Positions 1 to 10,900 of a stretch of DNA of 64,000 nucleotides are shown here, one piece after another. The notes below the pieces were generated by a model. It was not told the origin of the DNA. It saw only the letters and a program-made list of their open reading frames with translations, and did no database searches. The stretch's first letter is position 1, and each line of letters begins with the position of its first letter. The DNA is taken from contig NW_026782107.1 in NCBI RefSeq assembly GCF_031769215.1, positions 496,001-560,000 on the forward strand, read 5' to 3'. The position numbers and the translations under genes are program-made. Origin of the DNA: Ylistrum balloti (lineage: Eukaryota).

Positions 1-21
1 TTTTTATCTTTCCATCGAAAA

Positions 22-344
22 TTATACATATCCGCAACATGTGAAAAAACTTTGAAGTTGGTTGGGCGGAATATCTAGAGCATTTACTACTGCAAGTTCC
101 AGAAATTCTGACACAAGTCGGGTATATTTGCCCGAAGCCTCTGTCTCATGACATTGAATACATATTCAGTTACGTTGTATTCCGGGGAATAAGGCGGCTG
201 AAAAACCAGGGACACGCCATATTCTTTCAGCATATTTCTTAAAATGCGCTCTCCCTGTCTATGGTGATGGAATCCACAATTATCCATCACAACCACATCG
301 CCTTGTACAAAAACAGGATTCCCCATATCGTTCGTATCGGACAT
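22..344 (-). pseudogene. IS630/Tc1/mariner-superfamily DDE transposase, C-terminal fragment (frameshifted)
   Basis: ORF 87..344 reads VVVMDNCGFHH...LVFQPPYSPEYNVTEYVF, matching the DNxxxH and PPYSPDxNPIE motifs of DDE_3 transposases. After a frameshift near 100 the frame continues LELAVVNALDIPPNQLQSFFTCCGYV* (stop at 22-24). No N-terminus is present. Confidence 0.8.
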
Positions 345-1207
345 AATTTCGTCGAAGAAAATTTTGCGTACTGTTGCCGTCGTCGGACATTTTTCCAGCG
401 ATTACTTAGTACTTGTTATGTAACTGATAGTGTACATTAACTCCGCCTACCGGAACAAATTGGGTGTCAGATCAACTATTCAGGTTGTCTAAACTCCGCC
501 CCCGACCAATCACAGAGGTCGTTGTATACTTGACTCGATTATTTGAATACTTCAATACAATAGTATCAATACTTTGTTCAATACTATAGTAAGTGTGTCG
601 TTCACACCTTCCCTTCATCGGTAGTAACACTGATCAAAGGTCTATAAAATAAGGATACTTAATAAATATGGTAGTTTTTTTTTAACAATTTTTACCGAAA
701 TTAGGAAAAATGAGCATCAAGAATATTCTGGCAAATGTTAATAAATTCAGAAATGAGTGAATTTGGTTTTGCTTTTCTCTTGGTCATTCTCTGTATTAAC
801 ATGGAATACGGGAATTTGGAATACGCATACGGTTTTAGATACTATTTTTTGTATTTTGTAGTATTTATGACATTCAATCCATTTTATTAATCTGTTGTAT
901 ATTAAAGTTAAAGCGAATCAACAGAATGAATACTTAATTTTAAGAAATGAACAAATGAAATATTTCGAGCACAAATCACACTTGTCGACATACGTAAATA
1001 AATACACAACCTAAGCGCCACGTGTTATTTTATACACGTGTACATGACAATCTTCTTAAACTATAGAACATAAAAATGACTTTTATTGAATTACGGGGTT
1101 AGTGTATCGCCCCATCTAGATTTTAAAATATCTGAAGTTTGATCGTTTCGGAATTTTCTTAAACGTCCCCTCAGCAAAGTTTTTGCGTTTTGCATCATTG
1201 CATACTT

Positions 1208-1260
1208 GCATCACGAGTCCTAGAAGGACGAAATGGCTGTATGGTGCAGGTTAATTCATT
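1208..1260 (+). ncRNA. Degenerate type I hammerhead-ribozyme-like motif
   Basis: ATCACGA-GTCC-TAGAA-GGAC-GAAA: stem II and GAAA are intact, but the CUGA U-turn is mutated. Homologous to the minus-strand motif at 63311-63370 (shared stem II and downstream TTGGCTCT). Confidence 0.45.
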
Positions 1261-2439
1261 GTTTGGCTCTGCAGTACAGAAATCTAAAACTTTGAACTAC
1301 TAAGTTCTTTTCATTTGTGTCTTTTGTACACTTATGAAACAATTAGTAGTACTAAAATAATAATTCAAATACACATAACCGGCCTAGAAGAAATACGAGA
1401 ATATAAATTATATGAACTCTTCTTGTAGCTTGACTATAAATCCCAATAAAGCCCTGTTTATTTACATGGTAGCCCTGCTAGTGTTCACGAAAGAACAAAA
1501 CTAGTTATCACTGAACATATTGATTGGCGATCGAGACATCCCTTATCACACAGTATGTCTCTGTATTTGAAAGGTTGGTTTCCATGCTAAGTGTAATTAA
1601 GTCCCCAAAACGTTGTTTTTACCCCGTTTCTTATTATTATGATTAGAAAGTCATCGTAATGAGGTCTAGCTTCAGCGTCATCTCTGTCTAAGTAAAGGCT
1701 TTGATGCGACCTCCACTGTGACGTCATCTTTGACGTCATTTGTTACACTTTAAATCATGGTTGTTTCTTCCCTGAGTGCGTTCTGACTCGTCCCATAATA
1801 CAAAGTGCTCGAAATACCCACACAACTTTTACAACACTGCTCACCGCCAAGACAAAACATGCATTGTACCAATAATGTGAAATAGCATATTTTGTTGCGT
1901 GCCACCGTCAGATTATCCAAAATAGAACTAGTTATCAATGAAAAACTGAGGAACAACGCCATTCCAAACGGCAGACGTTCGTCGCAGGGTTCACGATTGC
2001 CAGCAGTTTGGCCGGTATTAGCAAATGTAGTACAAAGTGTGCAGGTCTTCTCTGTATCTTTACCTAGAGCAGACATATTAGCGCGAATCTTGACACGTAA
2101 CATTTTATTTCGGACGAAATTATTTTCCGATCTTTTCTTATCCTTATATTCTGTTTCAGATGAAACTATCACTTGCCCTCTCTAACGGAAATAACACATT
2201 GCGCCACGATCTGTACAAAAATTGTCATCTCTTGTTTGACACTTAATGGACTGAGTTCAAAATAAAATTTTACAATTGTAAAAATCGAAACACCATGTCA
2301 CAGTTTTAAATTCGAGGCCATATAATGTAATATTGGAGATGACGGCTACCAGTCGATTACATGTTTGCCGGTACACTCGAATATTGCACAAGTAAAAATA
2401 GTGTTCGACTGGTAAAAACTTTCATTTCATTTTCAACGC

Positions 2440-3500
2440 ACATCAAGAGAGGTCAGACGTTGGTAGTATTCTATTCACTATATCAGAAAGTAATAGTTTC
2501 CGGGAAATGTTTCCTAGGACATGGCATGTAAGGATGAATATGGACGTTTGCGTTGCTATTGGAGAATGAAAAATCTCAGAATAATGTGGCAAGATAGTTT
2601 GGGTTGAGAGGTTTTCACAGGAAAGGATCATGGTACGGGACCCCCCTCGAACAGGAAGTCCGTCCCGTCGGCAAGATTCGTCCAAAGTGACTTGGTACAA
2701 ATTCCCAACCCACAGTCTATATCTATGTATTGTAGTGTTGAGAATTCGTTTCAATCCCTGTGCGGACGTCGCATTTGCGTAGCCGGTTCCAATCCCCTTC
2801 ATTGACCTCTAGAAGCCGGGTCAGTTACAGAACTTGAAACGGAATGCGATAGACCGCGACGTCCCGCTATTGGTCTAGTCTTGCTTCAACGTCAAAGAGT
2901 TAAGCACTTGGCATAGTACAGAAGACATCTGCGATTCGGGAACTGATCTGGTCTGAATAGCTATTCACAGACGAATCCAAAGTTCACAATGACAGTAGTG
3001 TTCGAGCGTACCGCCGATTGGAAGAACTTTACAGTGATGTGTGTGTAATTCAGGGTCATCAGTTCGGAATTGTTGCTTGTGGTGGCACTACAACACCTAG
3101 AAGAACCCATATGGGTAAAGTGAGATGCAATTTGGCAATTGTGCGTTACCATGACGACATTATACGTCATTACGTTCTTCCATTTATCAGTAATATCCAT
3201 CGTATCATTATCACGGCATCGTTGATGAATGTCTACAAAAGCAGAGCGTCGTTGTTGAATGTCTACAAAAGCAGAGCGTCGTCGTGGTACATCGGCTTGC
3301 TGTGTCACCAGATTGATCTCAAAGCAAGTAAGCTTGTAATGAAATGAAATGAAAAGTCTGCATCAGAAGCAAACCCCTCCTGTGACGGTGGACGGAGTGC
3401 GACGTACATCGTCGAGTGCAGAACATTCCCATGCATTAAAATTTATTTTTATCAGTCCCAAAGATGTGGCTACGATTTTTCAACCCCGATTTTCTGATTT
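2440..3500 (+). mobile_element. Decayed Tc1-like DNA transposon (transposase relic)
   Basis: Across frames: HLRSRFQ (HTH region), RPRRPAIGLVLLQRQRVKHL, LFTDESK (first catalytic Asp, TTCACAGACGAATCC ~2964), VRAYRR, RYHDDIIRHYVLPFI, AVSPD, TPPVTV. Multiple stops and frameshifts, plus a 30-bp internal tandem duplication at ~3227-3285. Confidence 0.75.
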
Positions 3501-3721
3501 TCTGTGTCTTTATGAAGACAATGCATCGTAAAAAAGAGTATTATTTTGCTTATGAATTTACAAATCAAACATTCGAAATACGCATTTCATTTTCCCTTTA
3601 CTACAATAGGGAATTAGTTGTATTGTCATTGCTATTTATGAAAAGCTGTCTCTCCCTCCTACTAAGGTGGCCGGTTAAGGCCTAGTTCATGTTCAGGATC
3701 AAGGGCCAGATAGCAACCTTC

Positions 3722-3900
3722 TTCGTTCCATCGCGATCGCGGTCCTGTTTAATAGCCGTCGTGATCTTGTTCAATCGCCGTCGAAATCTCGTTCAATCGT
3801 CGTTGTGATTTCGTTCCCTCAACCGCCATCGTGATCTTGTTCCCTCGATAGCCATCGTGATATCGCTCTCTAGATCGCCAACTGCTCTCGTTCCATCGTG
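3722..3900. repeat. CpG-rich degenerate tandem repeat, 22-26 bp unit, ~7 copies
   Basis: Units such as CGTCGTGATCTTGTTCAATCGC and CATCGTGATCTTGTTCCCTCGATAGC. Confidence 0.6.
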
Positions 3901-4579
3901 CTTTGTAACCCTAACCGGCCTCCTTATATCATTACCGTTGGGCTTGTGATTGCTGCCGTTGTTAGTATTGAAGATAAAAAATTCCCACGGCTTCGATTGC
4001 CATGTGAGTATGTAATTAAGGCTGAAGATTGAAATAAGAAAAAAAAAAAAAAAGAAAAAATAAAACACGCACAATCGTGCTCTCTATCAGTTTCCTTGAT
4101 TAATTTCTTTTTATAAAATGTGGACCTTGGTTATCTTATAGAGGTATTTCGTGTGAATCAAGGATAAACATTTTATCAAACAGAAATAGAACAGCGCCAT
4201 ACTCTGTATGTGTACCGAATAAGATCGCAGATGTTTTCTTGGAGGAAATGAATGATTAAAACTGTTTAAAGAACCAATCAACTACCTGTTTGTGTTTACA
4301 CTATTGCAGCTTTAGTGTTTCAATTCCGGGGACATGAATATTGATTATTTATATATGTATTTGGAATTCAACTACATCTACAACTGGTAATCAAATATAT
4401 TTTGTTTTATATCATTCAGATACACGTACAGCATATATTTTTCTTCTAAACAATCAATTTTCCAGTATTTCGCGACTCGAGTTACCTGTTACGCCAGGTC
4501 AATTATTAATTCAGCACTTTTGTTCAGTACATTTATATATAACCCTCGACTTTAGTTATATCCATTCAAACCAAAGAAA

Positions 4580-4725
4580 ACGCGAGATAAATTCATTCAT
4601 GTCAAAGTTACGCGAGTAATATTCATTGATACCAAAGTTAACACGAGTAATATCCACTCACACCAAAGTCAACGCGATCAATATTAATTCATGTCAAAAT
4701 TAATACGAGTAATATTCATTTCCTC
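4580..4725. repeat. Degenerate 30-31 bp tandem repeat, ~5 copies
   Basis: ACGCGAG/ACACGAG/ATACGAG recur at 4580, 4610, 4641, 4672 and 4703. Confidence 0.7.
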
Positions 4726-7654
4726 AAAAGATTGTGAGTTTTTATTGATTTCACTAAAGATAATGTGAGTACACTCATTAATAACGGTAGGTTGAGTATG
4801 CCTATAGTCGTTTCCGATGGTTTCGAGAGTGCTGCAGGGAGCAATTTTTGCTTCATATGATGTGGCTTCAAATTGACTGGTTGATTAAATGGGTAATAAT
4901 GTTTGAACAAGACTTTCTCACAGAACTGGTGTCAATTGCTTTCTGGGCTTTTTTTTTTATTCTTGCGCGATTGCTTGAGACTACTCTGAAATCGAAACAA
5001 ACGGACCCGTTTGCATTGATATCACAGTCTGGTAAAATGAGCTGAAATGGTGATGGAAAGGCTTCAATACATCCTTTACCCAACAATAAGCAATACCGAT
5101 ATACATATAGTCTGTACATTTTTAACTCACAATATCAAACCTGGATGGGTAGTTAAGTAATAAAATGTCTTGTCAAGAGAATGAAATCGCTGGTCTACAG
5201 AGTAACGGGAGAGAGTTGGCCATAATACATTCCCTTGGGGGATTCCTCTAGAGGCTGGCAATAGTGGCGGTACTAGGGTACAGTGAATAAGATTAATTCT
5301 GGATTATTTTGTCCTACAATTCTTCACAACACCTTGGCAGTTATCCCCCTTTTTCGTCCTTTTTCAGTTAGAAGTGGAGAAAGAGAGACTTAACAGCATT
5401 ATGCCATGTTGGTGAGAAGTGACTTATTAATCACTGCTTAACTTTAAACAGGATTTTCCAAACAGGTGAAATAGTGATCACAAGATGTTAGGGAGAGTCA
5501 CTATAGAAAATTCATAGATACGGCACAGGCTCAAATATCATGTTTATTATAAATAACTCATCAGTGACAGTTGTCTCGTGGTTCATTTTTTCCTTTCAGG
5601 ATGAGAAACAAAAACAAGATTAATTAGGTTTTGAGTCTAGCATAGGACAATTTTTTATTAAGACCCACAGTGGAATGTGCTCTGCTCACTAATAAGGGTT
5701 CTGGCTGTCACCATCTATTCAAGAAGTGACAAAGAAATTCTCTTAGAAAAGGACAGACACAGGACACCACATAGCTCCTCTGGTCATAGAGCAGAGAGAG
5801 TTAATAAAACAGGTTTGTATATAAATGTTATTACATTTTATTCTTTCTTTAACTGGCACTTTTAACATCAATGAATTAAAAATTCAATTTGACATTTTCT
5901 TTAAAACATCAAAATTAATGAACCAACATAATATGAAAAAAGTATAAAAATAAAAGTTCATTTTTTGCATTACTAAATGAAATTATCTGCTTATTTGAAA
6001 AGTACATGAGGATGTTTTTCACTCACCTATCAAACTGACTAATTTGCAACTTAATTGATAACAGTTTCATAAAATGTTGAACTTACAAAAAAATAAAGAT
6101 AACAAAATAGAAGGAATAGGTTTCATCTTGATATTATTGCTATAACTATCACCAGATCTGGGAGATGTGCATGTACTTCAGCATTAACAATTACATAGAC
6201 ACCATAGGTACCAATAATGCTGTCCTGTTGAGCATCCATGCTAAACATTTGACATTAAGTACCATTTAAACAGATAAAATGTGAATTCTGTTACAAGCCC
6301 CACTCAGAAGAATGCTCGTGGTCATGGGATCAGGAGATTCCTATGTTTTAGAGAATTACAATCTACATTTCTGGGCATCAGTGATAAGGATACATGACAG
6401 ATAGGTACTGACATCAGGACCAATCAAGCTTTTATCATATTTTTAATCCTGATAACAGAACATCCAATTTATGCTTGACAGTATGTTTCTCTCATATCTG
6501 CATACTGTAAAGCAACTTTCATTTGCATTCAATTTACTTTTGTAAATTTCATAATAAAAATAAATTCACCAGAAGTTTATCAATGAAAACTTTAAACAGG
6601 GGTAATTATTTTTTTTGTGTAGCTTCAAACTTTTTTTATAGTCTTTTCCCCAAAAGTCACCTGCAAATTGAGACACAGAAATTACAGAAGTTAGTACCTG
6701 TCAAAGAAAGTGAATTTACAGATGCTGTTCAGGATAAGACATTCAAAAGAGCCATCTTCTGATTGACTGGACAGTTACCATTTTGCCAATATTTTCCAAT
6801 CATGTCATTCTACACTACAAAGAATTAAAGCAGAGTTGCCATTGTATATAAACTAACTAATTATAGACAGATGCCATTCTTCAAACATCAACAAAAATTT
6901 CAGAAGTGGCTAGCTAGCTGTGCTGTTAAAGGTAATGTATACTATATACAATATAGTTTTTATCACATATTTGTAGATTAATTCCAGGTATAATTCATAC
7001 AACATAAGATACAGGTAAATATGATCACAGCATTTATGTGATTATTCTATTCAACATCAATCAGACTCTCCTCATCACTAACTGCATGATCATAATAATA
7101 ACATAAGTTTTAAACCATTTTTTTCACACAACCACCCAAGAGTCTAATGTAGCATCCAAACACCTTACACAACCTTACATGACTCTCACAATTCAGTAGT
7201 ACTTACAGTAAATATTTGCTCATCAATTCACAACTTCTATATAAAATTAAAGGAGCACTATGTAGTCAACAAATTCAATGCTTCATGTAAAAGTCACATA
7301 ATCTCTTATACACTGGAGTCAATCCACATGAAGAAGCCATCATTTGTTCACCAACACGTTTCTGATATAAAATAACACAGCCATTATGATAGATTTGTGA
7401 GCACATGCATTCAGATCCAACATGATATGCAGAAACTGGAGCATCCAGAAATAAAGATCTAAATTGTATAGAACTATTTCATCCAGAAATCCGATTGTAC
7501 ACTGTATCCCTTAATTACTGTTTAACTCAGCTTTTTGAAATGCATAGAATTTGTGATATATAATGGACACAGCTTTGGTTAAGTTTCTCTGTTCATTGAC
7601 CAAGCACATAAAGAATTCCGATTCTATGTGCATACAACACTGAATAAGACATAA

Positions 7655-7830
7655 GTATACAGGGGATTCACAACCCATATTGTATACAGCTTTGAATACG
7701 TCTCCATCAGAATATCGAGGTTTCAATATGTCTCCATCAGGATATAGAGGATTCACAATCTATATTGTATACAGCTTTGAATAGGTCTCCATCAGAATAT
7801 CGAGGTTTCACTAAGTCTCCATCAGAACAT
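7655..7830. repeat. Nested tandem repeat (85-bp unit with 30-bp subunits) just downstream of the CEP76 stop
   Basis: TGTATACAGCTTTGAATA at 7681 and 7766; TCTCCATCAG four times. Confidence 0.75.
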
Positions 7831-7970
7831 AGAATATTCAGGTTCTATATTATACAGAGCTGTGTTTCAGTCTCCGTAATCTCTACAATCATAGACGCAT
7901 ACTTCACTATCAGATATCTATTAATCACTAATTGGCTGAACAGTCCATCAAATGTTTGAGCTTCCCCAGA

Positions 7971-10900
7971 TTACAGTACTGATTTATATTTGGCAGCGAA
8001 CATGACCCAAGTGGCACACGCAGATTCAGGATAAGGATAGATTCGCACTCGTACTGCCAGGCGGACATGATCACCACGGCAATTTATAATCTCCTCACAG
8101 ACTGGGGACCTGGAGAAACAAAAATCAGTGTTACAATAGGTTTTGATAGATATGTCAAGGTCATTCAAATTTCCAAGGTTATATCGAAATCTTAAAACAA
8201 AAAGATTTTTTTATTTGTGTCATTATTGATTTCATTTTTTGATGTATCTATTTTCTGGGATTTCTTCTTTCCTCAAAAACAGCTAAAACAAAAGTCTCAA
8301 AAAAAAAAAAAAACATTTACTGTTTCATTGCATCTGTTGAAGACATAAAGCAAATTATTGGTTTGTAATACTTACTTGAGACATGTGACAAACGCCTTGC
8401 GTGCATTGCGATGAGAAAATTGTATTGGGAAGCCTTTAAATGTATGACCATCAGGAACAGCTTGTTTGATGGAGTCTTGAAACTCCTCATTACCGGCTAT
8501 AAGTCCTGTAAATTAAGAAAAATATTTATACACTAATAACATATTTCAAAAGGCAAATGCATATACAACACATACTTTCCAATATTTGAAGTGACAGTGT
8601 AGACTGAAACTCAATCATTATTACTTTGCTGTTTGACAATAGAACTGATTTATATTGTGACATCAACATAGAGTATACCTGTGATTCTCTCCATTTCATA
8701 TGCTGATAATGCTGGGGTGAGGAGGTAGCTGAGCTGGTCATCCCAAGCTGTTGTTAAACCCTGGTCCTGTAAATTCATCAAGTCTTGTTAAAATCACAAT
8801 CACTTCTTCACAGCTGAGCTATATTTATTTTTTTTAATTTCCCCACCCCACCCCCTCATACCTTTGAAATTGTCAAATTAATTTCATCTTTTTAGATCTG
8901 TATATAATTTCCGAAAAGCAAATTCTAGACTAAAGGTGTCATTTGATTTGATGCAATTTAATAGACAGGAAAATGGACTGTAGAATACAACATATTGTAT
9001 CTGAAGCGAGTACTGACAACAAAGTTTTCACAACTAACTTTTGCTCTGTTCACCAGACAAACATATTGAACATCTTCTCCCCAATCGTCTAAAAGTTAGG
9101 AAGCTACTTTCATTGATCAAGAATATTTTTACCCTGGTCATCTAGTGGTAAGGAAGCTACTGTCACATTCAAAAGAGAATGTTTTCTCTGATCATTTAAA
9201 CTTTAGGATACTACTATAACTGACAAAGAACATGCTTTCCACTGAAATGGAATATCTGACTCCACCAACCTGTCTGTGTTCATAAGTGAGAACACGAAGC
9301 TGCTGTTCAAGGTCATTGCTGATGAGGGATGGGTCTAGATTAGAGGCACAAAGAGGTGGCAGTGAAGGCCACTGAGGACTGGCTCCAGGTCCACATACTG
9401 ACAGAATGGCATCCTGGGACATGGACTTCCATCGTGACTCATTTTTCAGGTCAAATACACAAACCTCAACAGAGTCCATTGGCTGAAAAAGATTTTTCAG
9501 GTAAAATCAGAGTCTGTACAAATTACAGTCAAATCTGTCTAAAAGGCCACTCACTGGAGCTGAGAAAAGTGGCCTTTATACACAGGTTGCCTTTGTTTAC
9601 AGATTCAACACACTATGAACTGCATTACATAGAGAACAAACAAAATACTTTACAGATAGGTGGCCTGTAGATAATAGTGATTGTAAATCTTTAGGAAGTT
9701 TTCTACAAGCAATCATATTCATCAATATGGAAAGAGATGCTTTCTTAAGAAACAGGTAACAAAGACTGGTTCAAGAATATTAGACCTGAAAATTGAAATA
9801 CACACTGTGGTTGTCTTTCAAATTTGTTTGATATTATTGCATGCATGTCATCATTTTTTTTGGATCTACTTGAATGGGATAACTTTTACTACAAAATACT
9901 TGTGATATCATACCTGACTATTGGCATAGAATGACTGGTGGTTGAATACACAACCTACAGTCTTATAGGGATACTTTGGACGGTGCTGTTTGTCCAGTGG
10001 AGGGGCATTTGGATCAATAGGTGTATGCAAGTATCTGAAATATATGTTTGAAAATCATCACAACATGAATACAATGTATTTATCAGGTGGTCAAACATTT
10101 TAAAAACATTTCCAGAAATAGCATTTGGTAACTCTGACACATCTTGTTTTATTTATTGTTTTCCATGCGGATGTTTATTTTTCAAAAATATAAAAACTCA
10201 TTTTATTACTGAACTGTATAATACATATATATATATCATTAACTGGTCTTTGATTATATAGGTATTACCTATGTCCATTCAGACTTTCCCAGAATGTGAT
10301 CTGGCCGTCAACTGTGATGGCCATTACCCAAGCTACTACAGCACCTTTAGCTTTGGTCCCCACACAAACATACGCATCCAGGCCAAATCCCAGAAGGAGG
10401 CTACAGAGTAGGGTAGCGTGGTCCTCTGTGTCCTGAAAATAGATGAGGAATATCTATAAACATGACTTATAACATAGTTTAAATCAAATCCATACATTTC
10501 TTTATTTTCTGAATTTTTTTCCGAACTTCATATTAACATTTTCAAGTGTTCAAGTGACTTTGATTCATATATTCATCAAACAACTAACACCTTTACTACT
10601 ATAGTAACATATATACCATACATTACATGGGCAAATTCACTGGATAACATTTCCTTTTACGGAAAGCAACAGAAGAACTCAATCACTGCCATTATGATCT
10701 AATTGTAAATCATTATAATATTACATTTAGAAAGGTCATCAGAATATCAATTTCCACTCCCTTATTCTTACACAGGACAATCATGTTCATTCCTTTAAAC
10801 ATTAAACTTTACCCCCTTGTTCCGACACAGAAAGGCGTGCATGTTCGTCCACTGTTCAGTCCGGGCACCTCCTCCAAGTGTTTGTATTCGTTCATGGTGG

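Noticed and set aside
1750-2185. Overlapping 140-aa (minus) and 97-aa (plus) ORFs with Cys clusters
   Set aside because: No recognisable domain, no convincing splice sites and no pairing TIRs found. Probably transposon debris, but not assignable without a search.
4716-7900. Small ORFs upstream of the CEP76 stop (e.g. 4868-5119, 5677-5865, 6523-6762) as another gene
   Set aside because: CEP76 is already complete at 7971. These ORFs show no homology or consistent exon chain; likely 3'UTR or intergenic DNA.
8636-8672. Intronic sequence echoing the CEP76 C-terminus (YKSVL) just after the 8766-8679 exon
   Set aside because: About 21 of 29 nt match, mostly one AT-rich 12-mer. No stop follows and an alternative short C-terminus is unsupported; chance is plausible.
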